From NCBI GenBank assembly GCA_977862235.1, contig OZ374563.1, positions 558,001-622,000 of the forward strand: a stretch of 64,000 nucleotides of DNA, in the 5' to 3' direction. Position 1 is the first letter of the stretch, and each line of letters opens with the position of its first letter. A model generated the notes under the pieces. The model searched no databases. It worked only from the letters and a program-made list of their open reading frames with translations, and was not told where the DNA came from. Made by a program: the position numbers and the translations under genes. This DNA comes from Dudresnaya verticillata. Its lineage: Eukaryota. Below, one piece after another: positions 1 through 11,892 of this stretch.

Positions 1-8
1 TTCGGTAC

Positions 9-1208
9 TTGGTAGTAACGAATGCAGTATACAACGTTCAGCAGAACCGCTTCGGTCAGTTCAAGCCTCTACCTGGGATCGATGTGCCTGGAGGGCCTGG
101 TGCCGGCCGGCCGGCCGGTCAAAATCAGCCCTCGATAGCCAAATCCGGGGAGGCACCCGCTTCGCAGACGTCAGGTATACAGGGCATACCCCCTGGAAAC
201 GGAGTAGCTAATGACACTATAGACCACCTCGACTGGCTCAAACCGAAGATCATTGCTGAGGAGCATATTAATAATGCCCGAATGTTGTGCGAGATATCAA
301 GTACGAAGACGAGCGATGTGGAAGGTCGTCCAACGGTACACTTAGGCGCAGAACGCGAGGTGCAGGAACGCGCTAAGACAATTGTCGTGAAGGATATGCC
401 GACAAGTCAAGATGTTGCATACTTTGGTGCCTCGAGGATATACAATATTGTTACAGACTGGCTCCGCGGAAGCAGGCAGAAGGCGAAGAACGCTTTGGCA
501 GAAGACCTGACGTACCTTATGCTCAACTGGGTCCAGTTGGACTGTTCAGGTGTGGAGCAGACCACTGTGCGGGTGCGGTTATCGACAACAGAAGCAAGTG
601 CTGGCACATCTTTGTCCGAAGACGACTTGAACCTTGAAGAAATCCCGGAAACAACGCGAAACCCAAAGCGCACTATTGATATTGATGTCGCCAACACAAA
701 GTTGTACAATGGGATACTGAAAGATAGGGTTGATATGATGGTAAGCGTGTGCCATGACGTCTTCGTGCTTCCATGCGCTGCCGGCAGCCGCCGGAGCTCC
801 GATAGGAAACCACGGAAGAGGCAGGGTGGCGAGAAGAAGCCGCTTAAGAGAGTTGTCAACTTAGTTGAGGTGTCAATGAAGTTCTGTGTGGCATTTACCC
901 AAAGCACATCAAAGGAATACTCTCCTGAGATTTTCCTTGGGGCACATGCAAAAGCGCTGCACACAGTGATGTCCATCGCTCATGTTCTGCGCCTTTTGGG
1001 GAAGACGTTTGTCGCAGTGCGTTTCGACGGGAGGGAGCGTTTCCGGGGCCGCGGAAAAACGACAAAAAGAATTAAGGTCGGAGCATTGGCACTGGACACA
1101 TTAGTGGCAGGAAACTCTAATATGAAAAGAGTTTTGACAAGTCGAGCGTTGCGAATGACCGAGAAAGAATACGAGATTCTCAACATTGCAGATCCTGTAG
1201 ACGGCTGA
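9..1208 (+). CDS. Hypothetical protein, 5'-truncated by the window edge; probable accessory ORF of the CACTA element
   Basis: Uninterrupted 399-codon frame with globular-looking composition; no motif recognised. Confidence 0.55.
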   Translation: MVVTNAVYNVQQNRFGQFKPLPGIDVPGGPGAGRPAGQNQPSIAKSGEAPASQTSGIQGIPPGNGVANDTIDHLDWLKPKIIAEEHINNARMLCEISSTKTSDVEGRPTVHLGAEREVQERAKTIVVKDMPTSQDVAYFGASRIYNIVTDWLRGSRQKAKNALAEDLTYLMLNWVQLDCSGVEQTTVRVRLSTTEASAGTSLSEDDLNLEEIPETTRNPKRTIDIDVANTKLYNGILKDRVDMMVSVCHDVFVLPCAAGSRRSSDRKPRKRQGGEKKPLKRVVNLVEVSMKFCVAFTQSTSKEYSPEIFLGAHAKALHTVMSIAHVLRLLGKTFVAVRFDGRERFRGRGKTTKRIKVGALALDTLVAGNSNMKRVLTSRALRMTEKEYEILNIADPVDG

Positions 1209-1480
1209 GATGCCGCAACCTGCTGTGACACAGGTGATGTATCTGGGAGAGGCCTCTCCGGAGAAATTGTCACAAGCGACACGAATGGCATCATGGAGGT
1301 ATAGATGAACAATTGTTCATCGTTAAAGAAGCGAACTCATACAGCGTAGGCCTAGGTGTTCTGGGCCTACTGTTTACAACGTGCACAACAGTTAATTGTA
1401 TCTGTTAATGAAACGTGAGGACATGTGTTAAACAGCTCCTCACCGCCAGGTAGTAGTCACTACTGAGCTATCAAGAGTGG

Positions 1481-2185
1481 GCCCACTCCTTTCACAATGC
1501 ATGCCGTCGTGCACAAAATGAAAGCTGGAAGGAGCTAGCTCCGCAGCAGCTGCTTCAGCCTAGGCTATAGCCTGCAACACCTGGTTGTAACCAAGCAATG
1601 TGTTAGAGAGCAACTAGCTGCTGTTAGTTAGCAATTGCTTCAGTTGATAACGCTATAAGTACTTCAGGTATCATTTCGAAGCCTAGGCTGGATCGGAACT
1701 GAAGGACCATGCCCACTCCTTCAACACCGCATGCCGTCGTGCACAAAATGAAAGCTGGAAGGAGCTAGCTCCGCAGCAGCTGCTTCAGCCTAGGCTATAG
1801 CCTGCAACACCTGGTTGTAACCAAGCAATGTGTTAGAGAGCAACTAGCTGCTGTTAGTTAGCAATTGCTTCAGTTGATAACGCTATAAGTACTTCAGGTA
1901 TCATTTCGAAGCCTAGGCTGGATCGGAACTGAAGGACCATGCCCACTCCTTCAACACCGCATGCCGTCGTGCACAAAGTGAAAGCAGCAAGCAGCTGCTT
2001 TAGAATAGCCTGGTTTCAATCCTCAGCCGCAGCTATGAGATCACAGCGCGGAGCACAATTGTGCTGTTATGTTGCGAAGGCCTAGCTCCTCGCCGCTTGC
2101 AAGCTTAAGATTTTGTACCACAATTGTATCAGGTAGAAAGAGTGTGCCCACTCCTTCGTTACGCAGTCGTGCACAAAATGAAAGG
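1481..2185. repeat. Tandem array, 230-bp period (last period 205 bp), with conserved core GCCCACTCCT...GTCGTGCACAAARTGAAAG
   Basis: GCCCACTCCT at 1481, 1711, 1941 and 2146. Segment 1499-1747 is an essentially exact copy of 1729-1977; the later units diverge outside the core. Confidence 0.95.
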
Positions 2186-2467
2186 AGCTGCTAGCAAGCA
2201 ACTTCTTTAGTCTAGGCTATAGCCTGGTTGTAACCAAGCAATGTGAGCAACAAGCAGCAAGCAACTGCTTGACAATACGCAACAGCCTGGTTGCAACCAA
2301 GAAGCGGGTTAAACAGGAGCTAGCAGCTAGCTAGCAGGTCATTATTTACATGTAAAGCTTTGCAAAGATAGATGACAACTGAAGGACAATCAGTAGCGGC
2401 CCGGGCCCGGGTTGCGACTCGGACCAGCTCCTCTATCGCAGCCTCGCGGTAGGAACGGCATGTAAGG

Positions 2468-2910
2468 GTGAGCCTCGCCTCTCGGGTGAGCATCGCCTCT
2501 CGAGTGAGCATCGCCTCTCGGGTGAGCATCGCCTCTCGGGTGTCGCTCGCAGTCGACACCCGGCTAATGCGCACGTTCAACTTCCGTGTAACGGTCATCA
2601 CCATGATAGGCGTATCATGAGCGGTCCGCGTTATGGCCGCTACGGTACGGCGCTTCGTACTCGCGGCGGCCGCCGCCACCCCTTTTGGTACCATAGCTAT
2701 GCATAGGAGGCCCGGGCCTCGGATGGCCATCGGTCATATGATCATAAGGGTCGCCACGAAACCTGCCAGCGTTATTAACGTGGTAGTTCCCGCGGTCGTA
2801 TCCGTCATAGTTGTCGTGGTCGTACCCACGATAGTTGCCACGGTCGTGCACGAGGGCATGCCCTTGGTAGTTGCCGCGGTCGAGCCCTTGATAGTTGCCA
2901 CGGTCGTACC
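2468..2910 (-). repeat. Coding minisatellites: 18-bp unit x4 (HPRGDA) and ~24-bp units (YDRGNY)
   Basis: GAGCATCGCCTCTCGRGT-type units at ~2470-2541; (G)YDRGNY-like peptide repeats in ORF 2615-3376. Confidence 0.85.
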
Positions 2911-5837
2911 CTTCATAGGTGCGACGGGCACGACCCTCATCATGCCCATGTCGAGGGTGCATAAACTCATTACGCCCACCTTTAACAGGCCCGCGTGGGG
3001 CAAACGGGTCGCAATACCCCGGGCCCTGAGCAGGAGGCCTTGCGGCCGGCCGGCAGGAGGGCCCTCCATCACCCACTCTCCCAACGAACTGTGCTAAGGC
3101 ATCTCTCTCGGCACGCAGCGCTTCCATGGAGAACATAACCTCACTAAGGTTCCGCGTCGTGTGCGTTACCGTCTCGAAGAGCTTTCTCTCCAGCCTCTCA
3201 ACAGTAATGAAGTCATGCTGTATCCAACCCTGTAGCCTGATGTATGTTTCCAGGCCTGGAATCTCGGCCAAGTCTCTGAGGCCGATGCGCAGTGAGAGCG
3301 GGGTGGAGGCGCGCATTTCCTGCCGACGGACTTGACGCACGCTGAGCTTGATATGACGGCACTTCGAGTCAAGCACGACCTTCCTCCCGGCCGGGGGTTC
3401 CCAACAATGTTGCCAGTTCCGATAACACTGTTAACGAAGAAGCTCCGTGTCAGACCTTCGAACGGTAACATCAACTCGTTCCGCTTCGACACGTCCATCG
3501 CATTCGCAGCTAGCACCCGCGAAATGAAAACATCACAGTCAATTCTGGTGCATGGAAAACCCTTCCCACTCATGCTAACAATCTCAACATCTCCCACAAC
3601 CTGCTTGATCGTGTGGATGGTTTCCATTTCCAAGATGAACGCGCGGCCGCCGCGAATCGCCTCATTGTGCCAGGTAGCGGCCAGGAGATCAAGAAACTCA
3701 ACCTTGACGATCTCCTTCAAGCGCTCACGTCTATCCATGTTACTGCCGTCAACTATTTCCTGGTGATAGTACCACACACAAGGGGGGAGGGGGACTGGAA
3801 GAGTTGCTGGTACTTTGAAGTTGGCCAACCACACAGGCGTCGCCGGGAAGACCTTCCTCATCTCCTGAATTGTGTAGCGCTTTGTCTCATACGCGTCAAA
3901 AGACACTAGCAGACCACAGGATTCTCGGGCCCAAGCTTCATAGGAAAACTAGGGTCTGTACCTGAATCCATTCCACCAACGGCCCAGAATGGGGTCACTG
4001 AACAGAGTGTGGTCTTTAGCGCAGCGCGGCAGCAGCTCTTGCAAGTACACGTCCATCTCATCATTGTAGTAACACTCCACCTCACCCCGAGCGAATGTTC
4101 TGTCGACCTGCATCGTGTTCGGAAGTCCATACCATGGTCTCTCGGCAGTCATGAGAGACCATGCATCATTCGCTGATTGCTGATCCTGCTCGTAGAGGTT
4201 TAGATACCGCTTCGCGTCTGCTTTCATGCCGGTGAGATCCCGCTTGACATAATGTGTGAACGAAATGACGCGGAGCACTCCAGCACTTCACTAATGTCTT
4301 GCGCTCAACCGTCGCTTATCAAGTGCCATTGCATCAAGATTGTCCCTCCATTCCGGAGGAGCCCCTTCCCGTCCTCCACGCGGCTGCATGAGTGGCAGCT
4401 TCGCCCACGCGGAATTGAAGTTTGGTACAACAGCAACGTGAGCATCATGCGCGGCTGCGCCATGCCCATGGGGACCATCCATTGCGCGTGACGATTCCAT
4501 TCGCCTTTCTTCTGGAGTGCGTTGAATAACGCGCATCGACTCCGCGAAAGTCAGGTACGGAACAGGCGTTGCCTTCATCTGCAATGGCGTTCCTGGCCTA
4601 TCATCTCGAACCGCAGCAGATCTTGAGCAGCGCGACCAGCGGCCGCTGGCCCAGACCTGGGCGCCTCACCAGGCGCGCCTCGTCGCGACGACGTGGCTTG
4701 ACTTGTGCCCTTCGCGGCAGACCTTTTCCTCTTTCCCTGCCAATCTGTGTCCTGGGCGGCCGCCCTTTTCCGCTTTCCCAGCGATGGAAGTTCTTCCAGG
4801 TCTGGTAGTTCCTCGGCGGTATTGTAGGGACCATAGCTCTTCCGCATCTTGGTCAACGGAGCTTCATTATCGACATAAATGACATCACTGAGCTCTCCAT
4901 CTTCATCGGCCCGTGATTCCCCACCCTAGGTACTCTTCTGTGCTGGCACCCCGGCCGGGCTCTTGCTCGCAGACTGGACGTCTGCAGTCTTGTTAGCAAC
5001 CTCCGACGCAGAGCGCGGCCCCGCGGGGGTGTGCAATCCAATTGTACCCCCATCTGTCAAACGCATGAAAAAGTCCACGTTTTCAGGACTTGTGCCATTA
5101 TCCAGCAACTTCTTCTTGAAAGCTTCTTTGCCCGCACTGGAAGTGGCCACTTCCAGCTCCACCTCATGTGGTGCACCGCGGTCCCCGCCGGGGCCGGCCG
5201 GGGCTGGAGCCTCGCTTGCCACTGGGAGCTGCCTATCATGGAGCTCGTTCTGTGTGACCATGCGGATGTCCGTTGTTTCTGCGGGCTGCTGGATAACGAC
5301 ATTGTTCGTCCTGGGTGATTCTCTACGCGTTGTCTGGTTGCCTTCAGCAGAGGCTGCGGCCGCATCCTGGCCAGTAGACAAAGCGTGTTTGGGGGTTGGG
5401 GTCTTGTTCTTGACCACCGTACTCTTCGAGGCCGTCTGCTTCTCTGCGTCTGCTTCGGTCGGCGCGGCTTGACTACGAATACCGGTAGCAGGGCCGGTAG
5501 CAGGGCCCTGCTTGGGAGGTGCCGTAACAGAGGGGGCAGACCCTGAAGATCTAGTCTTCGGCTTCGAACGGGTAGGCTTCGATATCGAGGACCTCTTGGG
5601 AACCTTATTCTTGCCCAGCGCTCTAGTGGCAGACTTGGTAGCGGCGGCCGCCGCCCTCGTCTTCGAACCCACCGGAGTCTTCACTATCTTGTCTGTAACT
5701 CCGGATTTTCCCGGGCGTTTCCGCGTCGCCGAGCGCATCGCTCCAGGTGTTGGCGCCGCAGGAGCCGAGCTTGGCGCGGAGGTCGAGCGTTTGGGAACTG
5801 ACCGGTTGTTCCCCACATCTTTGGATGGAGCGGTGCG

Positions 5838-6080
5838 CGCGGGCGCAGGCGCGGGCGCAGGCATGGGAGCGGGCGCGGGAGCGGGCGCAGGCGCGGGTGC
5901 AGGCGGGGGAGTGGGCGCGGGGCGCGGGTGCAGGCGCAGGCGCGGGCGCGGGTGCAGGCGCAGGCCCGAGCGCGGGTGCAGGCGCAGGTGCGCCCGGAGC
6001 AAGCGCGGGTGCCGGATCGGGTGCAGGCGCGGGCGCGGGAGAAGGCGCAGGAGCTGGAGCCGGCGCGGGCGCGGGTACAG
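5838..6080 (-). repeat. GC-rich hexamer microsatellite encoding (Pro-Ala)n
   Basis: GGCGCA/GGCGCG/GGTGCA runs; PAPAPA on the minus strand with one frameshift inside the tract. Confidence 0.9.
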
Positions 6081-7058
6081 GTGAGGCCGCGGGCGCGGCC
6101 GCGCTGCCGTCCGTAGACGACGTGCCCATGGGCACTTTGGAGTTGTCGGTACCCATCGGGAAAACCTAGAGGTGAGAGGGTGTAGTCCGGGTTGTGGTTG
6201 CGGGAGAGAGAGAGCGGTGGGACTCATTTTGCTCTGATATAACGTATTTTGCAGGCCTGATGGCGACCGCAAATCGCCGCTCGGGTCGCCCGCGGCCGCG
6301 GGCGATTAAGCCGCCTCAATGCCGTGCCAAATCATCGATCTGGGCTGGTATGACAGATCTTGAGCCCTCCATGCAGGCTCCAGGCCCGGCCGGGCCCAGT
6401 TTCCCTTTTTCCGGTAATGTTTTTGGAACAAACGGGCGGCAATGCGGCTGAAAACAGAGCCGTGATCGCGGCATGCGCCGCTGTGCACCAGGCAGGCCTG
6501 CCTGCAGGCGTACCGGTATGTCCAATCACATCTACTCTCTTATCCCAGGGCACACGTAAAGCGTGGCTGTACGCAGGTGAAAAACGTCATTGGCTCCAAA
6601 TTACCGAATAAGGCCCGCAATACGGGCAAACTATGCGCAGTTTCCAGTACCGGGCCGCCCAAATGCAAGTCTTTGGATTTCAAACAGGCGGTTGTGCTTG
6701 TTTCACTGCGGCCGCAGTTTTGGCACCCGACAATCTGCTACGCTGCTACCGCTTTCCGCGTCGCGACGCTCTCCTCGCACACGGAACTCACTCCATGGTG
6801 AACAGTCTTCTCCTCATCATCGGGTATCGCCATTAACGCTTCGTCCTGAGAGTGCAGCGCGCTAGTGCTGGCGGGCTTGCAACCCAGAACGCGCTCCGTG
6901 ATTCACCGTCTTCACATCATCACCAGGGCCCGAGATTTGCTTTCCGCCGTGCTGCTCGAAACCTGGAACGCATTTCAGGGTACGTCCTGGCGAATAAGTA
7001 TCCTATTCGGTCGCCATCCCCACGCGCGGCCGCGTCGCGGTATACGAGAGTTTCGTTA

Positions 7059-10000
7059 ATGGATCAGCCGCATTGGAAAGCACAACACGGGCGTCGCAGA
7101 AGTCGTCAACATTCTTGGGTCGATTCTGTGGGAATGCGTGCCAATCTAACCCACCTATTTCAGTTCGAGAGCTCCAACGACGCATCGGCAATTGCAATTG
7201 ATGAAGGACCAGCCGGTCCCAGCCCGAGCCGTTTACCCAGCTTCGAACCAGGGTCTCCTACCGTTCAGATTGCGAATGAAGACTCCGCATGCGTGCAAGA
7301 CACCGCGTTCGTGAGTCCTTAGCAGGAACGCCTGGGCCCAGACGAAGGGCCATTCTCCACTGCGGTACAGCATAGACCTCTTCGAGCTTCGGACACTCCC
7401 GGGAACCACGTGGCGGTAGAAAGGGGTGATGACGACTTCGGCATAGTCATAAAAGGGCCCCGCAGCGAAAGAAACGCATTTATTCGAGACGAGGTGCTCC
7501 CGGGAGGCTCCTGTAAGGGGCCCCTTCCTGGAGCCGGGCAAGACAGTCCAGAATTCTATGAAGATGATGTGCCCCCCGAGTTGTTTGATTCTTTCGATGA
7601 GATCATCGACCTGGCAAATGGTGAATCTGTGAGGAGGTGGGAGCAAGATGGGTTATGTGACCCTGTTGCACGAATCGAAGGGCCGCAGCCCTTCGCTTGC
7701 TTCGAATCGCGCAACAGGATGGACGCGTCCGGCCGGACCTCCGTTGGTTCTGCGGTGCCGGCGCCATTTTCTCGGCAGGATCTCGTGAATTTTCTGCACA
7801 AAAGAAGAACTCTGCTGAAATGGGAGCAGCTGTTCGCTCTGGTTTGTGTTTGTGGAAGCGTTAGAATGACTGTGCGTCAGTATGAAACTTTGCAGAAACT
7901 GGTCAACTGGCTGGAGTGGCTCCAAAGTCGCGAGGCCTCGCTACCTGTGTATTCTACCATCCAACGAACGATATTCCCGTTCGCAATCAAACATTGCTTC
8001 GTTGCGAGTTACAATGTTTCCCTTGCTGTTACGAAGCAAGATCTGAAGAAGAGGGGAAGGGGGATCTCTTCTACTGCCGTTGAAGAAGAGTGTGGACACA
8101 TGAGAGCGCGGAATAAGAGAGTGAGAGCGGCCGCTCCCCGACCTCCTCAACACGCTGCAAGCCTTGAAGCACACGAGACGGCCCAACGATTTGCTCCTGT
8201 CAAGATCATGTTCCCTTCGGAGTGGGCCAAGATGGATGTAGCAACTTACCCTGTATTCAACGATTTGTTTCCTAACTTCGACACCGGCAACCCCGGGGCC
8301 CGGCGTCTGACTGCAGCTACGCCCAGAGTCCTGGTGACCCCGAATCCATCGAGATAACAAGAGTTGTGAGGCACCGCCGAAATGCTTTAAACGCTGCTGA
8401 GATGTTGTTCGTTTCAAAAGGGGAGAACATCGTTAGAGCGACCACAGGAATAACGGTGGATGTTTATGTTTAGCGCGTTCCGAGGCGTGTTGTAACACAT
8501 CCGCGATCAGCACGGTCCTGTGCCTTGAGGGCAAACTCCACCGGGGCCCCGGGTGTCATCGTGACTGGACAAATTGCTGCCTGTTGGTGTGTCGCTTCCA
8601 GAAGCTGCCAAACTGAAAGCTCAAAGCGAGCAGTTGAGGAGGCAAAAGGTGTTGAGAAGGACATCATCAACCTGTTAAGCGCTGGTGCTAAAGTTGATTG
8701 TATCCACGGAGGCTGTAACGAAATCGCGGACGCTAACCAGACAACGACTACAGACTTGCAAAGCACGGCCGTGCTTCCAGGAGACTTTTGCTCGCTTTTC
8801 AGTATTCCTGAGCGACACCCAGAAGGCTTCGTGGCCTGTGTGCTGGTCAGCAGGTTCTGGCGATATCGGGATGGGGAGCCTTCGCAGCTCTTAATATGGA
8901 TAGATGAGGACAACAGTTGGAGTTCAGGCGTTGAATTCTGCGGGGAGGGATATCCATTTCAAGTCCTGAAGGAAAGGACGCCAGTTAAGGAAGTTCACCT
9001 TGGCGTGTGTCGAGATGGAAGGGAGCGAGCACTCCGAAAAGCCATTGATGAAGAAGACATGCCCGTGGACGTCCTTTCTCGGCCGAGAAATATGGGGGTC
9101 CTTCATTCTGGAGAGAGGTATGTCGTATATCGCCTTTTGTTGTACTGTGACGACTTTCAACCCTGTACTTCATTGCTCCCGCAAGGCTCTGCAGGTGGGT
9201 GCTACCTTCTCCCACTCGGTCTTTCACCGCGAAACCGTGCGAAGAGATCAGCTCTACGGCTTTCGGGACTGACGCCGCCCGGCGTGAGCACAAATGAGGT
9301 TCTGCGGGACATCGTACCAGATCTCGTGAAGGGATGTACTGAAGGCTTCAAAGGGAAGAGCCCAAGCGGAGAGCATTTCAGGATCTTCCTTGACTCAGTC
9401 GGGTTCATTGCAGACTTCCCGGCTGCCGCCAAGTCTACAGATGTTGTAGGATTCACTGGCAAGGCCTCTGGTACCCACTGCAACTTTCTACGCGTATTCA
9501 GTGATGTTTCAAGTAAGTTCGGCTATACTGTGCGACTCCACTCCCAGCATTCTTCAAGCGTTCGCTGAAAAGAACGGAATAAGGCTTTGCGGGAGAGTGG
9601 AATTGCGAGCACCAAGCACAACGTATGGGAATGTCGAAGGAGTATGAAGACAGTGGCATAAAACCGCTATTGTACTTGTCTGAGGAGTTGGAGAGAGTCC
9701 GGCCGGACGTGTCCCTTAACGTCAATGGAGAACGTGTCGTGCCGTGCACCTTCGACCCGTACCTATCTCAGGTCGTTGCCCCAGATCACTTACTCACCGG
9801 CTTGATCAAGAATACTCTTACAACCTGCTTCCTGGCTTTGTCTCCAAAGGGGAAAACCATTGCTGATATCATAATTTTCCAGGGACTTCGCGACAACGGG
9901 ATGCTCACCCAGAATTCCGTCTTCGAGAGTAAGTTACACTCCATGCAGCTTTCCGAACTGTACTGCGTTCTCACTGTGTCTATTGCTTCCTTTCGTATAA

Positions 10001-11412
10001 CCCTGGGAAAGGCGAGCGATGCTTACCGGTTGGCCAAGTGCCTGCAGGAACTCATTGCAGGAACATTCTGGTGGCCTCTTGCACATTTGGACGGAGAAAA
10101 AGCTGTGGAGACGTTTCGAAAGTCGGGTGGCCACCCATATCTGCGCCGCCTGCAGAGTCTTGCGACGAAATATGTCAAGTTGTGCAACGAGTACATTGAG
10201 GCAAACGATCTTGGCGGCGATTTGGACAAGCCCAATCTACATCGCCTCATGGAACTGTACTAGCACACTATCCCAATGTTTGGGCATGCAAGACATGTCA
10301 TGGAACTGGTATTCGAGTGTGCGCACTCACCTCTGAAACGATGTGTGACAAGAAGTAATCATCACAATGCGCACATATCCGCCGTGGAGCATGTCCTCGG
10401 AAACGACTGGCAGGGCAGGCTTGCCCTCCTTAGACACACTTCGGAGCATGGAAAAAATCAAGAACGCATTATGGCGCGCAGAGGTCTCAGAAGGCTACTT
10501 CTCGGGCCCGAGATCTGCTCCGTTAAGGAAGAGGACCCCAAAGTTAGTACCGTTATTCAGGACTTGGACGACAAGATCGAAGGAAGGGGTGTTCGTGGAG
10601 CCGCTAATGGAAGAGCTAAGGGCAGATGGTAAGGTGAATCCTTCCTGGTCGAGTACGGAAGCGGAGTGGACAGGGACGACAGTTGCGAAAGAGCTAAAAG
10701 GCGTAGAGCGAGCTACAACAGCTGGACATACGTGGGACGAGTTGCTTGACGCGGCTGTGGCGGCAATCGAGGAGTACTACCCAGACTTCGACAGGCGAAA
10801 TGGAGCTGCCCCCCCAGCCTTCATCATGCGCGGAGCGAAACGAGTTCGAACGACAACGGTTGCGGGCCCGCATCGGACCTACAGGCACGACATAGTTGCC
10901 CATGGGTCGGTATTAAGATGCCTTGTTTCGCCCGGGGATGAAAACAGAAAAGTCATTTACCAGCAAGTGATGTAAGTGGAAATGTGAAGCTGTTCGCAGT
11001 GGTATGCTGCCTTCAATTTGGAGGCAATGGAGGAAATGTTTCAGAGCGCGGGACTTGGGAAATTGTTGTTCAGTGCTTGAAGACAGATGCGAGGCTGCAG
11101 GTGAGCGCGGCCTCGCTATGTGAGAATGTTCAGGTGGTGAAATTGACAAGGGGCGTGAGGAGAGTCGCTGTGTACCACGACTGTGTTTTTCAAGAGGACG
11201 GGTTGCATCTGGAATGCGAAGTCGATGAGGAACAAAGAACTGTTAGGCATACGGAGTCAATGTTGGATGGAGGGTTGTACTTTTTTCAGACGAGAGAGCA
11301 AGGGTACCCTCCACGCATGGCATATACACAATCGAAAGCGTGCCAGCGCATGCTCCGGCCGGAAGCGTGGGCGCCTGATAGCGCTATTGGCAAGGGCGCA
11401 GAAGGAGATTGA
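7059..11412 (+). pseudogene. CACTA/Plavaka-like DDE transposase, broken by stops and frameshifts
   Basis: Motifs in the expected order: LYCDDF (9140-9157), SAGGCYLLPLGL, GFIADFPAAAK, APDHLLTGL, KPNLHRLMELY*HTIPMFG...FECAH. ATG at 7059 is in frame with ORF 7410-8357. Confidence 0.8.
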
Positions 11413-11892
11413 TATCGCGCGCGGCCGCACGCCCGGGCGAGTGCCGTTACAAGACCGACGAAAGGGTCACTTGTTACAGTTGTGTAGGTTCATAGTCATG
11501 AAGTAAAGCATGTTTCTGATGTGTACGAAGTGGCTGTGTCATTAAGTAATGCAGGCCAATGCATACGTATAGATTCGATGGGCGCAAAATGTAAAGTGGA
11601 AATTGCGACGATATATGAAACATAATACTTCATGAAGTATAACATCGCAGTAAGGCTGCAGGTGTTGCAAGTTGCATGCGTAAATCTGCGGCGGTAATGA
11701 ATCTGACTCAAAATTGTGACGCGCCAGAAATGAATTCTAATGATGGGGTATCATAATTTCTAATGCATTCCAGAATCACTTTGCAATTTCTGGCGCATGT
11801 TTTCAGACCCTGGCGCATCAAAATCCCATGGGCCAAACCCATTATTTTGCGATTTATTCTAATATGATCAAGCCGAAATCGCCTTCGTAGTG

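Larger units (their letters stand above)
2390..6156 (-). pseudogene. Large (~1250 codon) accessory gene 'ORF-X': Pro/Ala-repeat N-terminus, globular core, YDRGNY/HPRGDA-repeat C-terminus
   Basis: ORFs 4926-6272 and 4575-4856 share a frame. ORFs 4291-4584, 3949-4278 and 3166-3906 share a frame. ORF 2615-3376 reads on in frame to TGA at 2390. Joining them needs only a few stops and frameshifts. Confidence 0.7.
1..11892 (+). mobile_element. CACTA/CMC-type DNA transposon, right part (left end outside the window)
   Basis: Ends in ...GAAATCGCCTTCGTAGTG (reverse complement begins CACTAC) exactly where the gypsy integrase sequence resumes. Contains a CACTA/Plavaka-like transposase. Its subterminal ~260 bp is homologous to 32258-32504. 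Assigning 1-6300 to the element is inferred from continuity. Confidence 0.75.

Noticed and set aside
1481..2185. CRISPR-like array
   Set aside because: Period is 205-230 bp, two spacers are identical, there are no cas genes and the context is eukaryotic; it is a tandem duplication.
2615..6272. Operon-like cluster of small minus-strand genes
   Set aside because: Frame arithmetic shows the pieces are parts of one decayed long gene.
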